Shown here piece by piece: positions 1-9,938 of a stretch of 41,673 nt of DNA; the stretch's first letter is position 1; each line of letters begins with the position of its first letter. The stretch comes from an uncultured bacterium (GTDB lineage: Bacteria; Lernaellota; Lernaellaia; Lernaellales; Lernaellaceae). The stretch covers positions 1-41,673 of the forward strand of contig CAZHPN010000031.1 of assembly GCA_964534375.1 (NCBI GenBank), in the 5' to 3' direction. A program made the translations under genes and the position numbers. A model generated the notes under the pieces. That model was given only the letters and a program-made list of their open reading frames with translations, did not search any database and was not told the origin of the DNA.

Positions 1-1
1 T

Positions 2-157
2 TGGAGCCGTTACGTCGGCGACGAGGGCGAATCGATCGGCCTGGATCGCTTCGGAGCCTCGGCGCCGGGCGGCGAGGCGCTGGAGAAACTGGGCTTTTCG
101 GTCGCGAACGTCGTCGAGCGGGCGCGGGCGTTGTGGCGCGACGCGCGGGGCAAGTGA
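2..157 (+). CDS. tkt: Transketolase, C-terminal fragment (runs off the window start)
   Basis: Frame +2 reads WSRYVGDEGESIGLDRFGASAPGGEALEKLGFSVANVV...K*, the typical transketolase C-terminus. TGA at 155-157, directly before rpiB. Confidence 0.9.
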   Translation, partial: WSRYVGDEGESIGLDRFGASAPGGEALEKLGFSVANVVERARALWRDARGK

Positions 158-159
158 GG

Positions 160-609
160 ATGCGCGTGGGCGTCGCCGCGGACCACGGCGGTTTCGCGTT
201 GAAGCAGCAGCTTGCCGCGCAATTGGCGCAGGCGGGTCACGACGTGACGGATTTCGGGGCGGCCGCGCTGGCCCCCGACGACGACTATCCGACGCTCGTC
301 GTGCCGTTGGCGCGCGCGGTGGCCGGGGGGCAGATCGAGCGCGGCATCGCCGTGTGCGGCAGCGGCGTCGGCGCCGCGATCGCCGCCAACAAGGTCGCCG
401 GCGTGCGCGCGGCGCTGGCGCACGATGTATTTTCCGCGCACCAGGGCGTCGAGGATGACGACATGAACCTGCTGTGCCTGGGCGGTCGCGTCGTCGGCCC
501 GTCGCTCGCTTGGGATCTCGTGCGAGCGTTCTTGGCGGCGCGATTCATCGGCGGGGTGCGGCATCGCCGCCGGCTGGCGCAGATTGCAGATTTGGAAAAG
601 CGGCCGTGA
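160..609 (+). CDS. rpiB: Ribose-5-phosphate isomerase B (RpiB/LacA/LacB family)
   Basis: ADHGG, DDYP, CGSGVG and ANKVAGVRAA motifs. ATG at 160. Confidence 0.93.
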   Translation: MRVGVAADHGGFALKQQLAAQLAQAGHDVTDFGAAALAPDDDYPTLVVPLARAVAGGQIERGIAVCGSGVGAAIAANKVAGVRAALAHDVFSAHQGVEDDDMNLLCLGGRVVGPSLAWDLVRAFLAARFIGGVRHRRRLAQIADLEKRP

Positions 610-618
610 TCTCCAGCC

Positions 619-664
619 GTCTGCAAGAGCGCCCGCCGCGAAGGCGGGGGGCGCTCTTGCAGAC
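619..664. repeat. Perfect 16-bp inverted repeat (REP-like hairpin) between rpiB and tal
   Basis: GTCTGCAAGAGCGCCC (619-634) pairs with GGGCGCTCTTGCAGAC (649-664). Confidence 0.8.
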
Positions 665-726
665 CGAACGCGACGCTCGACGGCGCCGGATCAGTGCTTA
701 AGCTTGGGCCACGTGGAGGCGCAACA

Positions 727-1914
727 ATGAAAAGCAATCCACTGTTGGAGTTGGAACGGTTCGGGCAGAGCATTTGGCTGGATTTCATCGGGCGCGGCTT
801 TGTCGCCTCAGGCGCGCTGGCGCGGCTGATCGACAACGACGGCCTGAGCGGCGTGACCTCGAACCCGACCATTTTCGAGAAGGCGATCGACGGCAGCGAC
901 GATTACGACGCGGCCATCGCGGCGCTCGCCGCGGCCGGCCGTTCGGCGGGACAAATCTACGAAGCGTTGACGATCGAAGACATTCAGAAAGCGGCCGACC
1001 TGTTTCTGCCGACGTACCGGCGGACGGCCGGCGCCGACGGCTTCGTCAGCCTCGAGGTCTCGCCGCGCCTGGCCCGGAACGTGGCCGGCGCCATCGCCGA
1101 AGCCCGCGGTTTCTGGGGGCGGGTGAATCGCCCGAATGTCATGATCAAAATTCCCGCGACCGAGGAAGGGCTGCCGGTGATCCGCGAGCTGATCGCCGAA
1201 GGCATGAATATCAACGTCACGTTGCTGTTCGGCCTGGCGCGTTATCGCGCCGTGGTCGATGCGTACATCAGCGGGCTGGAGGACCGGGCCGACCGCGGAC
1301 TGCCGTTGGACCGCATTGCGTCGGTGGCCAGCTTCTTTCTCAGCCGGATCGACGTGCTGCTCGATCCGCAACTCGACGACCGGGTGGCATTGGGCGGAGC
1401 TGACGCGGCGATTGCGGCCGAGTTGCGCGGCGAGGCGGCGATCGCCAGCGCGAAAATCGCGCGCCAGATTTGCCTCCGCCTCTTTGACAGTCCGCGTTTC
1501 GCGCGGCTCGCCGCGATGGGGGCGCGCCGGCAACGGTTGCTCTGGGCGAGCACGAGCACAAAAAATCCCCATTATGCCGACGTGAAATACGTGGAAGCGT
1601 TGATCGGCCCCGAGACGGTGAACACGTTGCCGATTGAAACCATCGACGCCTACCGCGATCACGGCCGGCCCGCGCCGCGGCTGGAGGCGGATGCCGCCGC
1701 CGCGTACGCCGTCGTACGCAAGCTGCACGGCCTGGGCGTTCGCCTGGACAAGGTCGCCGGCGAGTTGGTCGAGCAGGGCGTCGAGAAATTCAATCAATCG
1801 TTCGACAAACTGTTGACGACGTTGGAACGAAAGCGTCGCGACGCCCTCGCCGTCCCCGACGAACGATGGGAAGACGAGGGCGGCGCAACCGTCGAAAATC
1901 ACCGCCGCGCCTGA
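727..1914 (+). CDS. tal: Transaldolase (type 2, long form)
   Basis: GQSIWLD, GVTSNPTIF, VSLEVSP, MIKIPAT, NVTLLF, RLLWAST and TVNT motifs. GGAGG RBS before ATG 727. Confidence 0.95.
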   Translation: MKSNPLLELERFGQSIWLDFIGRGFVASGALARLIDNDGLSGVTSNPTIFEKAIDGSDDYDAAIAALAAAGRSAGQIYEALTIEDIQKAADLFLPTYRRTAGADGFVSLEVSPRLARNVAGAIAEARGFWGRVNRPNVMIKIPATEEGLPVIRELIAEGMNINVTLLFGLARYRAVVDAYISGLEDRADRGLPLDRIASVASFFLSRIDVLLDPQLDDRVALGGADAAIAAELRGEAAIASAKIARQICLRLFDSPRFARLAAMGARRQRLLWASTSTKNPHYADVKYVEALIGPETVNTLPIETIDAYRDHGRPAPRLEADAAAAYAVVRKLHGLGVRLDKVAGELVEQGVEKFNQSFDKLLTTLERKRRDALAVPDERWEDEGGATVENHRRA

Positions 1915-1963
1915 GCGGCCTGCCGGCCGCCGCGCGTTTTTCGAGCATCGGAGGCGTCCAAGC

Positions 1964-3382
<1,419 letters not shown>

Positions 3383-3389
3383 GGGACGC

Positions 3390-4922
3390 ATGGCGAACGA
3401 CGCGCGGCCCGGCGCGACGGTGCTGGTGATCTTCGGCGCCGGGGGCGATTTGACGTGGCGCAAGCTCGCGCCCGCTTTGTACAACCTCTTTTTGGACAAG
3501 GCGCTGCCCGAGAAATTCGCGGTCGTCGGCGTCGACGTCAAGAAGCTGTCGACCGCCAAGTGGCACGATCATCTGCGCACGGGCGTCGATCGCCTCTCGC
3601 GCCGCGGCGCGACCGACAAAGCGCGCTGGGACGAATTCTGCTCGCATTTGATTTCGTTCATCTCGGCGCCGTTCGGCGACGCCGCCGTCTTCGAGAAACT
3701 GGCGAAGACGATCGCCGGCCTCGAAACGAAATGGGACGAAAAAGCGAACCGCATTTTCTATCTGGCCACGCCGCCGACGCTCGTCGAAACCCTGGTGAAG
3801 CAACTGGCGAAAATGGGCATTGCGCGGGACCGCCGGCGCGCGCGGCTCGTCGTCGAGAAGCCGTTCGGCTGGGATTTGCCGTCGGCGTCCGAGTTAAACC
3901 GCAAGCTCACCGACGCTTTCAACGAATGTCAGATTTACCGCATCGACCATTACCTCGGCAAAGAGACGGTGCAGAATATTCTGGCGTTCCGTTTCGCCAA
4001 CGCGCTGTACGAGCCGATGTGGGACCGGCGCTACATCGAGCACGTGCAGATCACGGTGGCGGAAACCGTCGGCGTCGGCCACCGCGGCAACTACTACGAA
4101 CGCGCGGGGGCGCTGCGCGACATGGTGCAGAACCACATGTTGCAGCTCCTGTGCCTGATCGCGATGGAATCGCCGGTGTCGTTCGACGCCGATGAGATCC
4201 GCAACAAAAAGCTCGACGTGCTGCGCGCGATTCACCCGATCGCGGTGGACGACGTGCACCACATCGCCGTGCGCGGCCAATATGGGCACGGCGAAATGCG
4301 CTGCGAAGTCGTGAACGGCTACCGCGGCGAAGCCAACGTCGCGCCCGAGTCGAACACCGAGACGTTCGCGGCCTTGCGGCTGTTCATCGACAACTGGCGC
4401 TGGCAAGGGGTGCCGTTCTACCTGCGCACGGGCAAACGCATGGCGGCGACGGTCTCGGAGATGTCGATCGCGTTCCGGCCCGTGCCGCACCAATCGTTTC
4501 CGGCGTCCGCGGTGGAAAACTGGCAACCCAATCGCCTCGTGCTGCGCATCCAACCGGAGCAGGGCATCATGCAGCGCATTCAGGCCAAGCGCCCCGGCAC
4601 GCGGATCGCGCTGGGCCCGGTCGATCTCGAATTCCGGTACGCGGATGCGTTCAAGACCGCGGCGCCGGAGGCGTACGAGACGCTGCTGCTCGACGCCATC
4701 GGCGGCGACGCCACATTGTTCATGCGCGCCGATCAGGTCGAGTCGGCGTGGTCGGTGATCACGCCGGTGCTGCATGCCTGGGAAGGCGCGCCGGCGACGG
4801 ATTTCCCCAATTACCCCGCCGGGTCGTGGGGGCCGTCCGCCGCGGACAGCCTGATCGCCCACAGCGGCTTCCGTTGGTATAAGCCGACCCGGCAGTCGGC
4901 GGAAGATGGCGAAGAAACCTGA
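3390..4922 (+). CDS. zwf: Glucose-6-phosphate 1-dehydrogenase
   Basis: [27 protein letters not shown] and [13 protein letters not shown] motifs. Confidence 0.97.
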   Translation: MANDARPGATVLVIFGAGGDLTWRKLAPALYNLFLDKALPEKFAVVGVDVKKLSTAKWHDHLRTGVDRLSRRGATDKARWDEFCSHLISFISAPFGDAAVFEKLAKTIAGLETKWDEKANRIFYLATPPTLVETLVKQLAKMGIARDRRRARLVVEKPFGWDLPSASELNRKLTDAFNECQIYRIDHYLGKETVQNILAFRFANALYEPMWDRRYIEHVQITVAETVGVGHRGNYYERAGALRDMVQNHMLQLLCLIAMESPVSFDADEIRNKKLDVLRAIHPIAVDDVHHIAVRGQYGHGEMRCEVVNGYRGEANVAPESNTETFAALRLFIDNWRWQGVPFYLRTGKRMAATVSEMSIAFRPVPHQSFPASAVENWQPNRLVLRIQPEQGIMQRIQAKRPGTRIALGPVDLEFRYADAFKTAAPEAYETLLLDAIGGDATLFMRADQVESAWSVITPVLHAWEGAPATDFPNYPAGSWGPSAADSLIAHSGFRWYKPTRQSAEDGEET

Positions 4923-5643
4923 CCACGTCGAGATCTTTGCGGATTACGACGCGCTGTCGCGCGCGGCGGCGTCGCTGTTCGCCGAGCGCGCCGCGGCGGC
5001 GGTCGCCGCTCACGGCCGGTTCAGCGTCGCACTTTCCGGCGGTCGCGCCCCGCAACGGGCCTACGAATTGCTGGCCGGGCCGCCGTGGCGCGACCGGGTT
5101 CCGTGGGCCGCCGTGCACGTCTTTTGGGGCGACGAGCGGTGCGTGCCCGCCGACGACCCGCGCAGCAACGCGGGCGCCGCGCGCCGGGCATTGCTAGACC
5201 GCGTTCCGGCGCCGAAGCATCAAATTCACGCGATCGACTGCGCCGGCGACCCGGCCGCCGGGGCCGTGCAATACGAGACCCTGTTGCGCGATTTTTTTGC
5301 CGGTGGGCCGCCGCGTTTCGATCTGGTCTTGCTCGGTCTCGGGGAAGACGGTCATACGGCATCGCTGTTTCCCGGGGCCGCGGCGTTGCGCGAGCAGGCG
5401 CATTGGACAGCGGCCGTCGCCGCGCCGACGCCGGGCCCCGACCGCGTGACCTTGACGGCGCCGGCGCTCAACGAGGCGGCGGCGATCGTTTTTTTGGTGT
5501 CGGGCGAAGCGAAGGCGGAGGTGCTGCGGCGCGTGCTCGCCGACGGCGACGACGTCGCGCAGGCGCCGGCGCTGTTGATTCGGCCGCGCAACGGCGAATT
5601 GCGATGGCTGGTCGACCGCGCCGCGGCGAGCGGCGGCGGATGA
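4906..5643 (+). CDS. pgl: 6-phosphogluconolactonase
   Basis: [14 protein letters not shown] and [14 protein letters not shown] motifs. Overlaps the zwf end. Confidence 0.95.
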   Translation: MAKKPDHVEIFADYDALSRAAASLFAERAAAAVAAHGRFSVALSGGRAPQRAYELLAGPPWRDRVPWAAVHVFWGDERCVPADDPRSNAGAARRALLDRVPAPKHQIHAIDCAGDPAAGAVQYETLLRDFFAGGPPRFDLVLLGLGEDGHTASLFPGAAALREQAHWTAAVAAPTPGPDRVTLTAPALNEAAAIVFLVSGEAKAEVLRRVLADGDDVAQAPALLIRPRNGELRWLVDRAAASGGG

Positions 5644-5651
5644 TCGGGGGA

Positions 5652-5737
5652 TCTCACGCGGAGACGCAGAGGGCGCGGAGGATTCGGCGCGGTTATGCCA
5701 TTCAGGCTCTTCGCGATTTTCCCGCCTCCGCGGGAGA
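5652..5737. repeat. Inverted-arm short tandem repeat element (8-9-mer ACGCGGAG/ACGCAGAG)
   Basis: Left arm TCTCACGCGGAG-ACGCAGAG-GGCGCGGAG. Right arm CTCCGCGGGAGA (5726-5737) matches the left arm with 1 mismatch. Confidence 0.7.
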
Positions 5738-5743
5738 ATTATT

Positions 5744-6301
5744 TCACGACGGGCAGCCGGACAGGCAGCTATCCCAATCGGTGCGGCACGTCGCGGCGCG
5801 GGCCGCGTCGCAGGTGGTCAGCGGCTTCAGACACGCGATCGCGGCGCTGTTGCAGGTTTGCCAACATTGCGTGCGGGATAACTCGGTCTGGCAACTGAAT
5901 TCCTTATCGCAGTCGATGAAGGCGGCATCCCAGGCCACGTCGCAGGTCCAGAGGCAGTCATCCGCCGCGCACGCGGTTCCGGTGCACTTGGCGAGGCACG
6001 CGTTGTAGGTGGCGTCCAACGGGGCGATGCACTGCGCGTAACCGGCGGAACTGCAGCCGGTCGAATCGTCATTGTCATCGTTGTCGTCGTCGTCGTCCGT
6101 CGCGGAGTCATCGTCATTGTCGTCGTCGGTGGACGAGGAGTCGTCATCGTCGTCGGGCGAGGCGTCGTCATCATCGGCCGGCGAAGCGTCGTCGTCGACG
6201 ATGTAGTAGTTGTTTGTCGCGCCTTTGCCGCCGCACGCGACCAGCAAGGCGACGCCGAGGCACAACAAGGCGCCCAGCGCCAGGAAGAAATAGCGAGTCA
6301 T
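5744..6301 (-). CDS. Lipoprotein with Asp-rich linker and 16-Cys C-terminal domain
   Basis: AAGGAG RBS, ATG 6301, lipobox LLVAC, DDDASPADDD tract, Cys-rich helical C-terminus. Confidence 0.85.
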   Translation of the reverse strand: MTRYFFLALGALLCLGVALLVACGGKGATNNYYIVDDDASPADDDDASPDDDDDSSSTDDDNDDDSATDDDDDNDDNDDSTGCSSAGYAQCIAPLDATYNACLAKCTGTACAADDCLWTCDVAWDAAFIDCDKEFSCQTELSRTQCWQTCNSAAIACLKPLTTCDAARAATCRTDWDSCLSGCPS

Positions 6302-6366
6302 GGTCGTCTCCTTTTTTGTGGCGAACGCGCCTGCGCCGTTGCTCAGTGGGCCACTGCGCCCGCCGC

Positions 6367-6437
6367 GCGTCAAGAAACTTTACAAGACTTTTACATCCCG
6401 GTTGACGCGAAGCCATTCCGTTTTTATGTTAACATAA
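6367..6437. promoter_or_regulatory. Candidate operator sites in the divergent promoter region
   Basis: TTTACA direct repeat at 11-nt period (6379, 6390), inside GCGTCAA...TTGACGC. Perfect palindrome TTATGTTAACATAA at 6424-6437. Confidence 0.5.
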
Positions 6438-6526
6438 CTGATGAAAAGGCGATCGGCCGTGCGGGTTGGCCGTCGCGGAACAGATTGTCTTTCTCTTGGC
6501 GGAAAAACGCTCTAAGGGAGGAATGA

Positions 6527-6901
6527 ATGAAAGCGACGAATTTGATTTTTGTTCTCTTGGTTGCGGTGCTGGTCGCCGCGAGCTTCGCGCTGTGGGGCTG
6601 CGCCAGCAAAAGCAGCAGCAGCAGCGGCAGTCCGAGCAAGGCGGATGATGACAACAGCGGCGCGGACGACGATAACGGCGGCTCGGTGACCGCCGCTTGC
6701 GAGGCGTTCCTGGCCAAATGCAACCTCTCCTCGATAGCCGGAGAGTCGTGCAACTATTATGAAGGCCTCGATGTCGCCCCTTGCTTCACGACCGCGCTCT
6801 CCAATTACTTCAATTGCCTGTCCGCGGCGGGCTGCGTCCCTGACGCGGCATGGGAAACCTGCGCGACGAATCTCGAAACCGCTTCGCTGGCTTGCGAATA
6901 G
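6527..6901 (+). CDS. Small lipoprotein with Ser/Asp linker and 8-Cys domain
   Basis: GGAGG RBS, signal peptide with LWGC lipobox, ADDDN repeats, 8 Cys in the C-terminal domain. Confidence 0.85.
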   Translation: MKATNLIFVLLVAVLVAASFALWGCASKSSSSSGSPSKADDDNSGADDDNGGSVTAACEAFLAKCNLSSIAGESCNYYEGLDVAPCFTTALSNYFNCLSAAGCVPDAAWETCATNLETASLACE

Positions 6902-7167
6902 CGAATAGCGCTCGATTCGCGACAAGCGAAAAATTGAACGCCGGCTGCGGACGAATTGTCTGCCGCCGGCGTTGTTGCATCGCTGCGGTACGCCGCTCCG
7001 TGGCCCGGAACTTATGTGTTTTGGAGAAGGCGCAAGTGAGGGTGGTGGGGCGATAGTTCGCCACCGTCGTCATCGTTGGTCTTCGCGCCTTTCCGCCGCT
7101 TGTCGACGGTTATTCGCGATGGTATTGTCAATTCGTTCCGCGAAACCCCTGTTCCAAGGAGACGCTC

Positions 7168-7758
7168 ATGCTTCCGCTGATGATCGTTGCGGCGCTGGCG
7201 GTCGCTCTGTTTCTGGCCCTGCTCGGCATTTACAATCGGCTGGTCGCGGGCCGGAATTTCTTCAAGAACGCCTTCGCCCAGATCGACGTGCAATTGAAGC
7301 GGCGAAATGACCTGATCCCCAATCTGGTCGAAACGGCGAAGGGCTACATCAAACATGAACGCGAAACCTTGGAGGCCGTGACGGCCGCGCGCAACCACGC
7401 TGTCGACGCGAGCACGTTGGCGTCGGCCAGTCCGGGCGATCCGGCGGCGATGAAGGGCCTGATGCAGGCGGAAGGCGCGTTGACCGGCGCGCTGGGCAAG
7501 TTGATGGCGGTGGTCGAGGCGTATCCCGACCTGAAGGCGAATCAGTCGATGAACGAGGTCATGGAAGAACTCACCTCGACCGAAAACCGGATCGCCTTTG
7601 CGCGCCAGGCGTTCAACGACGCGGTGACCGCGTACAACATCGATCGCGAACGCTTCCCGAACATCGTCATCGCCAATTCGTTCGGCTTCCAGGCCGCGCA
7701 ACTGCTGGAGCCGATCGAAGCCGCCGCCGAGCGCCAGGCGCCGAAAGTTTCGTTCTGA
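7168..7758 (+). CDS. lemA: LemA family protein
   Basis: N-terminal TM helix, YNRLV, IDVQLKRRNDLIPNLVE, EAYPDLKAN and ENRIAFARQAFND motifs. Confidence 0.95.
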   Translation: MLPLMIVAALAVALFLALLGIYNRLVAGRNFFKNAFAQIDVQLKRRNDLIPNLVETAKGYIKHERETLEAVTAARNHAVDASTLASASPGDPAAMKGLMQAEGALTGALGKLMAVVEAYPDLKANQSMNEVMEELTSTENRIAFARQAFNDAVTAYNIDRERFPNIVIANSFGFQAAQLLEPIEAAAERQAPKVSF

Positions 7759-7783
7759 CCAGCGCTCCAGGCATGGCCGTGCG

Positions 7784-9748
7784 ATGATCAAACCGGCAAA
7801 AAATTTTTTCGAACTACAGGAAGAGGCGCGGCGGCGCACGGGCCTGCTCGTGTTCCTGTTCTCGTGCGCCGTCGGCTGCATCGTCGTCGCGCTGTATGTT
7901 GTTGCGCGCGTCCTGCTCGCGATCGCGGACGAACACCCCAGGGTTTCGTTTCCCGGCAACCTCGTTTGGTGGGACCCGCCGACTTTCGCGGGCATCCTGC
8001 TTGCGGTCAGCCTGCTCATCGCCGTGGCCAGCTTCCATAAAGCGCGGAAACTCAGCGCGGGCGGCAGCGCGGTCGCGGAAATGCTCGGCGCGCGCGCGAT
8101 TTCGCCCGACACGGCGGACCTCGCCGAACGCCGATTGCGCAACGTGGTCGAGGAAATGGCGATCGCCTCGGGCGTGCCCGTGCCCGCGGTTTACGTGATG
8201 GATAAAGAAAACGGCATCAACGCCTTCGCCGCGGGCCACACGCCGAACGACGCCGCGGTCATCGTGACCAAAGGCACGCTGCAGCACCTCGGCCGCGATG
8301 AGTTGCAAGGCGTGATCGCCCACGAATTTAGCCACATTTTAAATGGCGATATGCGCCTCAACATCCGCCTGATCGGCGTGTTGTTCGGCATTTTGCTGAT
8401 TGGCATCACGGGCCGCGGCCTGCTGCGCGGCATGAGCCGGTCGCGAAGCCGCGATTCGGGCTGGGCATTGATCGTCGGCCTGGCGCTGCTGATCATCGGT
8501 TACATCGGCACGCTTGCCGGCCGCATCATACAAGCGGCCGTCTCGCGGCAGCGCGAATTTCTCGCCGATTCCTCGGCGGTGCAGTTCACGCGCAACCCGC
8601 TCGGCCTCGCCGGGGCGCTGAAGAAGATCGGCGGGCTCGAAGTCGGCGCGACGATTCACGCGCACGAGGCTGAGCAGGCCAGCCACTTGTTTTTCGGTCA
8701 GGGCGTAAGGATCAGGCTGTTTTCCGGATGGCTGGCTACGCATCCGCCAATTGCGGAGCGCGTGCGCCGCATCGACCCGAATTTTGACGGCGAATTTCCG
8801 CCCGAAAGCGCGAACGCGGCCGCCCCGCTGACCGACGCCGAATTCACCGCGCCGCCGGTGATGGCCGCCGCCGCTGAAACGGCGACGTTTGGCGATCGGA
8901 CCCTGATTGCCGCGCGGCCGGCGAGCGTGGTCGCGCATGTGGGCAATCCGACCGCCGCGCATCTCGATCACGCCGCGACGCTGCTGGGCCGGATTCCGCC
9001 GCCGTTGCGCGAAGCGGCGCAAACGCCGGCCGGCGCGGCGAGCCTGCTTTACGCGTTGCTGTTTGCCGACGACGAAACCGTCCGACAGGGCCAAATCGGG
9101 ACATTGCGCGGGGCGAAGTTGGAAGACATGGACCTTGCGGCGCAACTATTCCCCGACGTGCAAGCGCTCGACGCTCACCTGAAGCTGCCGCTGCTTGACC
9201 TGGCGACGTCGGCGTTGCGGCAGATCGGCGGCGACGGCCGCAGCCGCCTTTTGCGGCAGGTCGAAGCGCTCGTGATCGGCGCCGGCCAGCTCACCTTGTT
9301 TGAGTTTTGCGTTCAGCGGACGCTTGCACGCCGCCGCAGTCCGGGGCCGGGCCGGCCCGGCGCGACGGCGTACAAGTCGTTCGACGCCGTGTCGAAAGAC
9401 CTGGCGGTTTTGCTCGCCGCGCTGGCAAACGCGGGCAACCCGACCGATCCGGATGCCGCGGGCCGGGCGTTTCTCGCCGGCGTAAGCCGTCTGCCGATGG
9501 CCGCGAGAAAAGATGTCGACATTGCCCAGCCCGATGCGCCGCCGTCGCTCGCCGCCATCGGCTCGGCGCTCGATCGCCTGGGGTTTGCCGCACCGAACAT
9601 CAAGCAGGCGACCATCGACGCCTGCGCCCACTGCGCCTTCGACGGTCGCGAAATGACCGTCGAAGACGCCGAATTGCTGCGCGTGATTTCGATCGCGCTA
9701 GATTGCCCGCTGCCGCCGTTCCTGCCTGCGGAAATGCGCGATATCTGA
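7784..9748 (+). CDS. M48 (HtpX-like) membrane zinc metalloprotease with C-terminal extension
   Basis: NVVEEMAIASG, INAFAAG, AHEFSH (HExxH), SRQREFLAD and THPP motifs. Follows lemA, as is typical. Confidence 0.92.
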   Translation: MIKPAKNFFELQEEARRRTGLLVFLFSCAVGCIVVALYVVARVLLAIADEHPRVSFPGNLVWWDPPTFAGILLAVSLLIAVASFHKARKLSAGGSAVAEMLGARAISPDTADLAERRLRNVVEEMAIASGVPVPAVYVMDKENGINAFAAGHTPNDAAVIVTKGTLQHLGRDELQGVIAHEFSHILNGDMRLNIRLIGVLFGILLIGITGRGLLRGMSRSRSRDSGWALIVGLALLIIGYIGTLAGRIIQAAVSRQREFLADSSAVQFTRNPLGLAGALKKIGGLEVGATIHAHEAEQASHLFFGQGVRIRLFSGWLATHPPIAERVRRIDPNFDGEFPPESANAAAPLTDAEFTAPPVMAAAAETATFGDRTLIAARPASVVAHVGNPTAAHLDHAATLLGRIPPPLREAAQTPAGAASLLYALLFADDETVRQGQIGTLRGAKLEDMDLAAQLFPDVQALDAHLKLPLLDLATSALRQIGGDGRSRLLRQVEALVIGAGQLTLFEFCVQRTLARRRSPGPGRPGATAYKSFDAVSKDLAVLLAALANAGNPTDPDAAGRAFLAGVSRLPMAARKDVDIAQPDAPPSLAAIGSALDRLGFAAPNIKQATIDACAHCAFDGREMTVEDAELLRVISIALDCPLPPFLPAEMRDI

Positions 9749-9938
9749 ACGGTAAATCGCCCCTCCGGAAAATGCGCTCGCCAATCATCCCGTTTCGGCG
9801 CTGTCTGTGCTTTTTCTCGTGAGAATCTTGTAAGGTTTTTCCCCGGGCGAACCTGGGAAATCCCCGATAACGGCGAAGACGTGTTGAGCGCAGAATCTCG
9901 CGCGGGTGGGGCACTGCGCCGAGTCGGGGAAGGAGTGG

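Noticed and set aside
6894..6920. GCGAATA GCGAATA GCG followed by ATTCGC
   Set aside because: Only two units and overlapping a stop codon. It may belong to the heptamer family but is too short to call.
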